DNA of 64,000 bases from an uncultured Alphaproteobacteria bacterium (lineage in GTDB: Bacteria > Pseudomonadota > Alphaproteobacteria > UBA9655). The DNA lies in the NCBI GenBank assembly GCA_964597045.1, contig CAZQWE010000002.1, positions 181,175-245,174 of the forward strand, in the 5' to 3' direction. Of the stretch, positions 1 to 8,708 are shown piece by piece. Each line of letters begins with the position of its first letter. The stretch's first letter is position 1. The position numbers and the translations under genes are program-made. Below the pieces are notes generated by a model. That model did not search any database, was not told the origin of the DNA, and saw only the letters and a program-made list of their open reading frames with translations.

Positions 1-1
1 A

Positions 2-3000
2 GTAGACGTTATTTCTGCTCTTGGAAGAGTGCCAGAAGAAAGACGTAAAGAGATATCCGAGAGTCTTCTGAAGCATCCCCTGCCTCTTTGTTCTGATACA
101 AACTATATCAATATAATTGAAATGCTCGCTACAACCTCCGATCTAGAAACGTTTACAGCAGCTTCGAAGAACTTATCAAAGATAAAGTTAGAGAATAATC
201 AGCATAAAACGAAAGACGCTTGTGGAAATACAATCGTAAATATCCTTCAAGATTTACTGTTTATTTCAAAAGATCATGCAAAAAAAGCCATGTTCTATAT
301 ATTGGAAGGGCTTATAACATTTAAAAACATTGATGATCTTGAGCGATGTGTAAAACTTTATACGACTGATACCAAGGACCCTAAGAAGGTAACTGGGGCC
401 CTACAATGGGCAAGGCATAAACTAGACCTGCATCCTTCTAATGATGACAGTATTTTTCATACCTTAGATTGTTTATGTCCACTTTCTCCTGCCCACTTTC
501 ACGGAACACTTGTACTCCTAAAGGAGATGGAGAGATCAAAATGGAAATTCCAATGGTCCCCTGAGGATTTCACAAATTTTACGCAAGCCATAAGTGAATT
601 AAATCCTAATGACATGAAACATTCCCTGACTTTTGCCATTAATATTTTTAATGTCAAAGCTTTGGAAGCTAAGGAATTTAAGGGTACAACTTGCGCTCAT
701 ATAATAAGAGGGGTTTCCAAAGTTCCGGAAGGCAAGGAAAAGGAAGCATTTCGAGCCGCACTTAATATTGCAAGTATTGCGAGCCTGCATACAGCGGAAG
801 AAAAAGCTCTAATGGTTGGAAGTTTGCTACCCGTTGCTTTTAAACTTTCTGATGAACGTTCGCATAAAATCCGTGTTTTAATAAACAAAAGATTTATAAG
901 CTCAGTCAACGGTTACGTGCTTCTTGCTAACATGTCCGATGAAAGGTTTAATATTGTCGTAAATACCTTAAGCAGAGGCGAGTCCTCACTAACTGTTGCA
1001 ATTTTTAAAGCCCTTGGATTCGCTGATTTTGTTGGCGGCTTAGACCGCGAAGTCATTTTTCAGCATTTAGTTGAAATACCACCCGAAGGTTTGGAGTCTG
1101 CTCTTTATACAATTGCGACATGTGCAAGAGGCCAGAATTGGTCTCAGGAAGATTATCTAAAAGCGATTCAACTTTATAAACCAAAACTCGCATCTCTTTC
1201 TGATTTTGACCCAATCTTAGAGACCATTTTCCTAGGACAAAAATGCTATATCGAAAGAGCTGAGATAAAAGCTAAATTCTCTAAGGTTCCCCCTTGCCAA
1301 ATAGCAAAATATGTTAATGTGTTTATATCTCTTCTAGGGAAACATGCTTGGACAGGGCAAGAGCAACTCATCGTTCTTGAAAGCCTCTTGAGAACACCTG
1401 CCTATAAAGTTCGTAGAGTTGTGGAAACAGCAGGTCGTTTTGGCACAAATGCTCGAGAACTTGCGGGTTATATCGATGCGTTTTCACCCCTACCCGTTCT
1501 CAGAATGGAACACATTACGGAAACCCTATCAGGTTACGGTTTTGACATCAAAGAGGCGATTCCTGTCTTTGGGAAAAAGCCAATAAATTCAATGACTCGC
1601 ACCCGAGATCTTTGTATGCAACTCTGCAAGGATTTAAATGTTGAACAAAGTCCAGCAAAGGTTTTCAAAGAACTTGCTTATTATGAATCTGAAGGCATAG
1701 AAATATTAGCAAAAGTACTTCCAAATCAAGTTACAGATCTCCAACTTACTGAAGAGAATATAATTAGAATCTTGCAAGATTTACAAAGTGTAAAACCAGA
1801 TTATATTGAGTGTATTTTGTCAGGTGCAAAAAGACTAACAAAGAATAATAGTGAGATGTTTTATCAATTGGCCATTCCTGCGCTAGCTAGCATCAGACCT
1901 CAACTTATGTTATGGGAATCCATTGATGCAGCTTTAGAACTTAGGGGAGAACAACAATGGAAGGTAAGAGAGACTATAGACCTTATAGATGGTTTGGCTT
2001 GGGTTCATGAGTCAAATCGAGAAGCTCTCATTCGATCGGTCAAAAGATATACTCTTGAAAATCCTAATTGTGACCCTTTAAAATTAAATAACTTGGTCCT
2101 GTTTTTAAAAGACATACATAGAGATCGAATTGAAATCGTCTTAAAAACAGGCCTGGCGATAACTCATAATGATGTTAATCAACTGTTCTTTAAACTTGGT
2201 CATGGTTTGGACTTTTTGTCAGATGAGGCTTTAAAAACAGCTGAGGAAATCTGTAAACACCTTAAAATTTCTAAACTGAAGAATTTTAATAATACAACTG
2301 AACTTCTTCTAAATATTCCCGATCATTTACATGAACTTATCCGGCCTGATCTTGCGCCACTTGCTCGATATAAGGGGCAATTTAGGACTATTTGTGAGGT
2401 ACTCCCTTTTTTACCGGAAACACAAATTCAACATTTTTTAAGAGCAGCTAATGGGTCCGCCCTAGGGAACAGAAAGTCTTTTAAAAAGGCCTACTCGGAT
2501 TTTGAGACTATTCTTATCAACCATGCCCTTGTTATGGGAATTGCGGGAAATGAGCCAATAAATGAATTATTTGACCATTGGAGAAATGTCTTAAATAGTG
2601 AAGATCAAGAAAAATCGAGAAAACTCTCAAATTTTATTAGCGAATATGCTGAAGATATGGGTTTCCCCGAAATAGATGAATTGGCTGATCTCGCTCAACG
2701 AGTAGGAATTGTTTTAGCTGAAGATAATGAGGATAGCCCCTACAACATTTACGCGAGACTCAAAGATAAGAGAAATGAAATGATTGATTGGACAAAAATC
2801 CCAACCCTAGACAAGATCGTTGGTAATTGTAATCTCAAGTTCCGCGCTCAAGGTGTTTGGGAACTCTGCAAAGGGATGGATCCTGATTATTCGAAAGTTC
2901 CTCAGATAAGCTCTCAAGATTTTACCGATTTACTCGTTGAACTGCGTGCAAAGTGCCAGAATGACGAATTTAAAGCCAAGATTGATGCTAAACAAAACAT

Positions 3001-3778
3001 AACGACTTTGATCAATCTTGCTTTAGATCCACAATCTTATCTGCAACGCTTACTGCATACACCTCAAAATCATCGTTTGGCTGCTTATTTGCGGTATATT
3101 CTTAAACTGTATAAGGATATCCTTGATACCGACGAGAGAGCGACGACCCTTGCTCAATTCCTCATTTCTGTACAAGGATGTGCTGTCGGTAAGTCAACCG
3201 CGTTTGAAGAAATCTACTTTTCTTTACCTAATACTTACCGCCTACCCTTTAGATGCAAAGAACAAAAATATCCAGCCGACTCAATGAAGGCATTTGAAAC
3301 CTTAAACGATGCTGTCCAAAAGCTAAGTATGGAACAACTCTCTGAAGGTAGTGCCTTTCTTAGGAAAGTTTGCCAAGTAGATTTAGATGATGACATCCAC
3401 GAGAGTGCTCATCAAGTAAAAGTCCTTCGAGGTGTTCTCAATGATTTTGTTGACTGTCCTGGAAAGCTTACATTCGATCTTAATGCTCAGCTCATTTATA
3501 TTCCAATTCTCGAGTCATCTCTCCAAGATTTGCTTATCCTTTATTATGCTGATGGAGATCTCGAGCAAATGATCACATCCCTCCGCAAGAAAGTGAATAG
3601 CGTCATTAAAACAAGCGAAGATAAGGCACTATATAGTCATTTTTCAAAGCTCTTTAATAATGATTTCGAGTGTATGAAGTTTGACGAGGACGATAAATTT
3701 AAAGGCGTGAGCCAAAAGGGTATGATTCGTCTATTGAAAAAGGCAAACATTGTTGAGGAAAAGGAAAGGTTGTTTTAG
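2..3778 (+). CDS. large hypothetical protein, 5'-partial (frame open to the window edge); helical-looking, family not recognised
   Basis: Uninterrupted 3.7 kb ORF. There is no in-frame stop between nt 2 and the listed first codon (GTG at 29), so the N-terminus probably lies upstream of the window. I can assign no catalytic or family motif. Confidence 0.6.
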   Translation, partial: VDVISALGRVPEERRKEISESLLKHPLPLCSDTNYINIIEMLATTSDLETFTAASKNLSKIKLENNQHKTKDACGNTIVNILQDLLFISKDHAKKAMFYILEGLITFKNIDDLERCVKLYTTDTKDPKKVTGALQWARHKLDLHPSNDDSIFHTLDCLCPLSPAHFHGTLVLLKEMERSKWKFQWSPEDFTNFTQAISELNPNDMKHSLTFAINIFNVKALEAKEFKGTTCAHIIRGVSKVPEGKEKEAFRAALNIASIASLHTAEEKALMVGSLLPVAFKLSDERSHKIRVLINKRFISSVNGYVLLANMSDERFNIVVNTLSRGESSLTVAIFKALGFADFVGGLDREVIFQHLVEIPPEGLESALYTIATCARGQNWSQEDYLKAIQLYKPKLASLSDFDPILETIFLGQKCYIERAEIKAKFSKVPPCQIAKYVNVFISLLGKHAWTGQEQLIVLESLLRTPAYKVRRVVETAGRFGTNARELAGYIDAFSPLPVLRMEHITETLSGYGFDIKEAIPVFGKKPINSMTRTRDLCMQLCKDLNVEQSPAKVFKELAYYESEGIEILAKVLPNQVTDLQLTEENIIRILQDLQSVKPDYIECILSGAKRLTKNNSEMFYQLAIPALASIRPQLMLWESIDAALELRGEQQWKVRETIDLIDGLAWVHESNREALIRSVKRYTLENPNCDPLKLNNLVLFLKDIHRDRIEIVLKTGLAITHNDVNQLFFKLGHGLDFLSDEALKTAEEICKHLKISKLKNFNNTTELLLNIPDHLHELIRPDLAPLARYKGQFRTICEVLPFLPETQIQHFLRAANGSALGNRKSFKKAYSDFETILINHALVMGIAGNEPINELFDHWRNVLNSEDQEKSRKLSNFISEYAEDMGFPEIDELADLAQRVGIVLAEDNEDSPYNIYARLKDKRNEMIDWTKIPTLDKIVGNCNLKFRAQGVWELCKGMDPDYSKVPQISSQDFTDLLVELRAKCQNDEFKAKIDAKQNITTLINLALDPQSYLQRLLHTPQNHRLAAYLRYILKLYKDILDTDERATTLAQFLISVQGCAVGKSTAFEEIYFSLPNTYRLPFRCKEQKYPADSMKAFETLNDAVQKLSMEQLSEGSAFLRKVCQVDLDDDIHESAHQVKVLRGVLNDFVDCPGKLTFDLNAQLIYIPILESSLQDLLILYYADGDLEQMITSLRKKVNSVIKTSEDKALYSHFSKLFNNDFECMKFDEDDKFKGVSQKGMIRLLKKANIVEEKERLF

Positions 3779-3812
3779 GTTTAACCTCTCCCACAAGTGG
3801 AGAGGTGAATCC

Positions 3813-4562
3813 TTACCTCGTGCTCTCATTCACAATTTCCCAGAACTCATCCAGGTTGAGGCTCGCGCCTCCCACAAGGAGGCCATCTCCATGGGGGATA
3901 TCAAGGAAGGGCTGTGCATTCTTCGCGTTAATGGATCCCCCGTAAAGAGTTGGAACGAGAGCGCCACCTGTCATCTTTATATTCAATTCATGTTTGATAA
4001 ACCCAAGAACTTCTTCAACTTCTCCAGGTTTTGGAAGTTTACCCGTTCCTATCGCCCACAAGGGCTCATAAGCAATAATGATCTCATGAGGTTGATAGAT
4101 GTGTGGCAAATCTGATTCGATTTGCTGACCAATCACTTCGAGTGTTTTTCCATGATTACGCTCATCCTCCTTCTCGCCTACACAAATAATCGGTCGAATC
4201 CCTGCCTTAACTGCAGCCTCAACTTTTTGATGAATCAGAGCACTGGATTCCTTATGGTGATTTCGCCTTTCACTATGGCCCACAATGACATATTTACACC
4301 CCACATCTTTAAGCTGGGCGATACTGACATCCCCCGTATAAGATCCCTTTTCATCGGGGTGGGCGTCTTGGGCTCCCACCTCAATGGGTGAGTTTTTCAA
4401 TAAATCTACAACCGTTGTGAGGTAAGGATAAGACGGACATAAAATCACATGAGGTAAGGGGCGATCAGCTTTCTGAATGAGTTTTAGAAAACCAGATGCA
4501 AACTTCTGAGCATCTTCTTTCGTCCCATTCATTTTCCAATTTCCAATGATATATTGTTGCAT
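3813..4562 (-). CDS. tpiA: triosephosphate isomerase
   Basis: Motifs IIGNWKMNG, VIVGHSERR and AYEPLWAIGTG. I prefer the ATG at 4562 (MQQYIIGNWKMNG), which has GGAG 7-10 nt upstream, over the ORF-track start at 4607. Confidence 0.95.
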   Translation of the reverse strand: MQQYIIGNWKMNGTKEDAQKFASGFLKLIQKADRPLPHVILCPSYPYLTTVVDLLKNSPIEVGAQDAHPDEKGSYTGDVSIAQLKDVGCKYVIVGHSERRNHHKESSALIHQKVEAAVKAGIRPIICVGEKEDERNHGKTLEVIGQQIESDLPHIYQPHEIIIAYEPLWAIGTGKLPKPGEVEEVLGFIKHELNIKMTGGALVPTLYGGSINAKNAQPFLDIPHGDGLLVGGASLNLDEFWEIVNESTR

Positions 4563-4702
4563 CAATTCACTCCTCTGATATGTGTATCTTTTTTGCCAAT
4601 ATGACACAGGTCAGTCATTTTTGAAGTATATAATACAAAACATATACACATTTGTCAGATATTTCTGTATGATCCAATGAAAATAATAATGGTTAAGGCA
4701 GG

Positions 4703-5713
4703 ATGGCAGAACCAAATATCGAGGATATCCAAGGGCAAGTCAAAGCCGCACAAGAAAGTGCTATGGCTATAGCTCAGCAATTTCAACCTCCTCCTGTACC
4801 GCAAATTCCCTTGCCTCAAGCACCAGTCAGCATGGGTGGTGTATCCATTACAATGGGTAAAGTCTCTCTTCTCGCAACTGCGCTCAGCTTAATGATGCTT
4901 GGCGCACTAACTTTCGTAGGTGGCTTTTTATTTGGAATTTGGTTCGCAGGGCCTACACCTGCCTACACAGCTTATAATTTTCCAACCGTGCCGCAGATGG
5001 TTGTTGCTCCGACGCAACCGCAAACCGTGCAACAAGCCCCTGTTCAAGGTCAACCCGTCGCTCAAACGGTTAGAAGCGGAGCTGATGCAATTGGGTTCGG
5101 GCAAATTGCCTCAAGTCAAGCAAGAAATATAACTCAATCAACTATCACGGGCGTAACTGTTCCAGGAGTTCCTAGCTTTTTAACACCTCTTGTGACATCA
5201 ACTCAATATGCAATTGGCCAGCAACTTGGATACAAAGCACAACAGCAGGTTGGTCAAACTATGAGTCAGCCAGCTGCACCTGTAGCTCAACAACCTCAAG
5301 CTCAACCCCAGATGCAAATGCAACCTCAGCCACAACAGCAGCCCCAATATCAACCTCAACCAACGGCTCAACCGCAAATGCAAGCGCCTGCACAGCCTCA
5401 AGGAATGCCTCTTCCCCAAGCTCCCGCTCCCGTACCAGGAGCCAAAGCAGGTCAGGATGAATTTACAATCCAAGTTGGGGTATTTGCTACCTCTGAAAAT
5501 GCTCAATCATTAGTGGATCAATTAAAAGGTATGAACCATCCCTCACTAATTGTAGAAGGGAAGTCACAAGAGGGAACGCCACTCTATTATGTTCAAAGTG
5601 GCATGTATAAAGATTACACGACCGCAACTCAAGCAGCATCTCAATTTGCATCTCAAAACATGCCAGGTGCTCTTATTGTTAAGGTTTCCCAAAGTCAAAA
5701 GGGTGCTTCATGA
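4703..5713 (+). CDS. SPOR-domain (peptidoglycan-binding) membrane protein with a Gln/Pro-rich linker
   Basis: One TM segment (LLATALSLMMLGALTFVGGFLFGIWF). Long Q/P low-complexity tract. C-terminal FTIQVGVFATSENAQSLVDQLKG...YYVQSGMYKDYTTA is typical of SPOR domains. The stop overlaps the next start (ATGA at 5710-5713). Confidence 0.8.
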   Translation: MAEPNIEDIQGQVKAAQESAMAIAQQFQPPPVPQIPLPQAPVSMGGVSITMGKVSLLATALSLMMLGALTFVGGFLFGIWFAGPTPAYTAYNFPTVPQMVVAPTQPQTVQQAPVQGQPVAQTVRSGADAIGFGQIASSQARNITQSTITGVTVPGVPSFLTPLVTSTQYAIGQQLGYKAQQQVGQTMSQPAAPVAQQPQAQPQMQMQPQPQQQPQYQPQPTAQPQMQAPAQPQGMPLPQAPAPVPGAKAGQDEFTIQVGVFATSENAQSLVDQLKGMNHPSLIVEGKSQEGTPLYYVQSGMYKDYTTATQAASQFASQNMPGALIVKVSQSQKGAS

Positions 5714-6453
5714 AGCTATACAAACAATTCATTGGGATAAACAAAAAGTTACTTCAACCTGTTCTTGCCTCCCTCATTCTTGTTGCATGTTCAGGAGAGC
5801 CAAGACCTGATCTCTCCATAGACTCAGTCTCTATTTATGCTGATCCAGACGCTAATCAGAATTCGGCGATCGCAGTTGATCTTGTTCTTGTTTATGACTT
5901 AGAGCTTGTAAATACCCTCGCTAAGTTATCAGCATCAAAGTACTTTTCAATGTCTAAGCAGTTATTACTTGATAATCCAACAATGCTTGATATTTGGCAT
6001 TGGGAACTCGTCCCTGGTCAAATCGTGGATAATTTCACACCTGACCAAGAGGATGGCGATGCTTTTGCTGCCTTCGTTTTTGCTAATTATATAACGGACG
6101 GAGACCATAGAGTTAAGGTGGCACCTGATGGGGTCATCAAAATTATTCTCATGAAAGATGATCTTAAAAATTATGCTGTCTTTAATGCAACAGATCCTAA
6201 GGTTGGGAAAACTGTTACGGATAAGCCAAACCCATGGGTAGCCGGAGAGGGAGAAGACTCATTTGCAAAAATGAAAAAAGGACCCGTTACAGCCCCGAGC
6301 AAACCCTGCAAGAAAGCGGTTCAACCTCCCGTATGTTGTCCGCCCCCTCAACCCGTATGTTGTCCACCTCCGGTACAGCCTTGTCCAATTTCAAAACAAT
6401 CATTAGCACCCTTACCCCTATTAAAACCATGTCCCAAGAAGAAATTAAGGTGA
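5710..6453 (+). CDS. tssJ: TssJ-like type VI secretion outer-membrane lipoprotein with a Cys/Pro-rich C-terminal tail
   Basis: Lipobox LILVAC after a basic N-terminus. Core resembles TssJ/SciN (PDANQNSAIAVDLVLVYDL...F...WELVPGQ). It sits directly upstream of tssK-L-M. Tail: PPVCCPPPQPVCCPPPVQPCP. Confidence 0.55.
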   Translation: MKLYKQFIGINKKLLQPVLASLILVACSGEPRPDLSIDSVSIYADPDANQNSAIAVDLVLVYDLELVNTLAKLSASKYFSMSKQLLLDNPTMLDIWHWELVPGQIVDNFTPDQEDGDAFAAFVFANYITDGDHRVKVAPDGVIKIILMKDDLKNYAVFNATDPKVGKTVTDKPNPWVAGEGEDSFAKMKKGPVTAPSKPCKKAVQPPVCCPPPQPVCCPPPVQPCPISKQSLAPLPLLKPCPKKKLR

Positions 6454-6457
6454 TCAG

Positions 6458-7810
6458 ATGGCTCAAATAAATACTTATCCAATTCAATGGCATGAAGGCA
6501 TGTTAATGATGCCCCAACATTTCCAAGAATCTGATACCCGTCTCGAGAATCTTGTCACATACTTTGTTTCACATGCTGTCCCCTTCTTTTGGGGAACTAT
6601 TAATATTAAAGTGGATGATGCCTTGTTAACTTCTGGAGTATTCAGACCACTTGAACTTGAAGCTATTATGCCGGACGGCTTACTTATATCAGGCCTTCCT
6701 GAATCTGAAACACCTCTTCAAATTGATTTGGAGCCATTTAGAGATAAACTTCAATCAACGCCTCTTTATATTTATCTTTGCGTTCCTCAGCAAAGAGGTG
6801 CTGATTTAGATATCGTAGGGGATTTGCCAAGGTACCAATCAACTCTTTCTAAAAATGTCGTTGATATGAATACAGGAGACCGCGCTATAGATATTCCACG
6901 CCTTTCTCCCAATCTTTCTCTACAAGTTTCAGATACTCCACCCGCTCATTATGTATGTCTACCACTGGCACAAGTGACTTGTAATGCCAAGAGCTACTCA
7001 CAGACAAATTATATTCCGCCACAATTACAAGTTCCTACAACCTCATCCCTTGGAGATTTGTGCAACCAGCTCACCTTCCGTCTGAGACAGAAGCTTGCCT
7101 ATTTGCAGCAGAAAGTTCAATCCGTCGAGAAGAGAGCAACGCGGGATCCTTTTTTTGAAGAAATCGAAGAGATAAGATTAAAGTTAATCGCCGGTCTTAT
7201 CCCCTTCGAAACAGTTCTTTCTATTGGCAAAGCCCATCCGTTTAGCATTTACCTTGAACTTTGCAGCCTGGCGGGGCTCATTTCCGGCGTAAAGTATGGG
7301 GAAATTCCCCCTCCCTTTGATGCCTACGATCATGATGATTTGAATCAAACCTTTAAGCAAGTCATAGTCTATATAGATAAAGTTTTATCTGAGATTGAAG
7401 AGAGTTACACAGTCATTCCTTTCATACTCACTGAACGTGTCTTTACGTTGCAACTTCAATCTTCCTGGGTTAGTGATCGATTGGTGCTGGGAGCAAGGGC
7501 ACAACCGAGCATGTCTGAAAGTGATCTCCTTGCTTGGATCAAGAACTGCGTCATTGTAACAAGTGAGTTTATTGGTCTCGCAAAGGATAACAGAGTTCTC
7601 GGAGTCCCGCGAAAAATCGTTTCAGAAATTCCAGAAATGAATTTAGTTCCCTCACGGGGAGTTCAATTGTTTGTCATTGATGTGAATCCACAATACATAG
7701 ATCCCAAAGGGGTTCTCTGCTTATTTAACGTATCAGACAATGAGCTGAATCGCCCAACTGAAATTGTGCTTTATAATTCAAATAAAGCCAGTTCAAGAAA
7801 GGGGAGTTAA
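6458..7810 (+). CDS. tssK: type VI secretion baseplate protein TssK
   Basis: N-terminal IQWHEGMLMMPQHFQ is the hallmark TssK/VasE start. Size is 450 aa. Gene context tssJ-K-L-M. Confidence 0.85.
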   Translation: MAQINTYPIQWHEGMLMMPQHFQESDTRLENLVTYFVSHAVPFFWGTINIKVDDALLTSGVFRPLELEAIMPDGLLISGLPESETPLQIDLEPFRDKLQSTPLYIYLCVPQQRGADLDIVGDLPRYQSTLSKNVVDMNTGDRAIDIPRLSPNLSLQVSDTPPAHYVCLPLAQVTCNAKSYSQTNYIPPQLQVPTTSSLGDLCNQLTFRLRQKLAYLQQKVQSVEKRATRDPFFEEIEEIRLKLIAGLIPFETVLSIGKAHPFSIYLELCSLAGLISGVKYGEIPPPFDAYDHDDLNQTFKQVIVYIDKVLSEIEESYTVIPFILTERVFTLQLQSSWVSDRLVLGARAQPSMSESDLLAWIKNCVIVTSEFIGLAKDNRVLGVPRKIVSEIPEMNLVPSRGVQLFVIDVNPQYIDPKGVLCLFNVSDNELNRPTEIVLYNSNKASSRKGS

Positions 7811-7881
7811 CCATTTATTAACTAAATTACGTATAAAATTTTAGAGATTTGTATACAATAAAATAATAATGAAAAACTGTT

Positions 7882-8700
7882 TTGCATGACAGTTTAGAAC
7901 TAAAAAAGGAAAGAGAATCGGTGGCCCGATTTAACAGAGATAACGAGCGTACTACTTTTATTGTGGAATGCTTTGAAGAATTTTACAGGGAAGTACTTAA
8001 GTACAAACAACTTGTGTATTCAAGAGCTTGGGAAAAAGCGAGTGAGGACTCGAGTTCATCACCAGAAGCCATTGCTGAATATATCATTTCAAATTTACAA
8101 AACTATTTAGAGCAACAAGCTAAAACTGTCTCTTATGGTGGTGATAGCTTTGCTGAAAACTATTATGATGAAGCCCAATTCATTATGGTTGCCCTTGCTG
8201 ATGAGGTTTTTCTCTCAATTGATTGGCCAGGCCGCAAATATTGGGAAACCAACTTGCTTGAACAGCGTTTATATAATTCTCATAGCGCAGGACAAACATT
8301 TTTCGACGCGCTTGATGAACTCTTAGAAGCCCAAAACCCCATCAGGATTGATATTGCGAGCTTATACTTGAGTGCCTTAGGTTTAGATTTCCAAGGAAAA
8401 TATCGTCATTTTAGTGATGAGGGTGCTTTGGAGTCCTATCGTAAAAGATTATTCTCCTTTATTAATCGGAGAGAACCCTATTTATTTAAAGTAAAAACCA
8501 CCCTATTTCCTGAAGCCTATTCTCATACGCTCGAAGGAAGTGGAACTAAAGAATTACCCAATTTACGTAATTGGTACTATGTATTTGCTGGTTTAGCTCT
8601 CACCTACTTACTTATTTCATATATAATTTGGTATAGTGCAACATGGGATATTTCGAGGATATTAAACCGAATCATTAGCTATAACACAGGTGGCATCTAG
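7882..8700 (+). CDS. tssL: type VI secretion membrane protein TssL (DotU family)
   Basis: DotU-like core (IMVALADEVFL...W...LLEQRLY...GQTFFDALDELL...SLYLSALGLDFQGKY) followed by a single C-terminal TM (YVFAGLALTYLLISYIIWY). The start is non-ATG (TTG at 7882, or GTG at 7921). Confidence 0.8.
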   Translation: MHDSLELKKERESVARFNRDNERTTFIVECFEEFYREVLKYKQLVYSRAWEKASEDSSSSPEAIAEYIISNLQNYLEQQAKTVSYGGDSFAENYYDEAQFIMVALADEVFLSIDWPGRKYWETNLLEQRLYNSHSAGQTFFDALDELLEAQNPIRIDIASLYLSALGLDFQGKYRHFSDEGALESYRKRLFSFINRREPYLFKVKTTLFPEAYSHTLEGSGTKELPNLRNWYYVFAGLALTYLLISYIIWYSATWDISRILNRIISYNTGGI

Positions 8701-8708
8701 AGGAAATC

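Noticed and set aside
3750-4391. ORFs 3750-4115 (+) and 4122-4391 (+) opposite tpiA
   Set aside because: They are antisense to a gene with unambiguous TpiA motifs, and their products are low-complexity with no features. I treat them as shadow ORFs.
5270-5410. Repetitive CAACCTCA/CAGCC-type tract, considered as a tandem repeat or array
   Set aside because: It is in frame inside the SPOR protein and encodes a Gln/Pro low-complexity linker. It has no unit-spacer architecture, so it is not a CRISPR array or a non-coding repeat.
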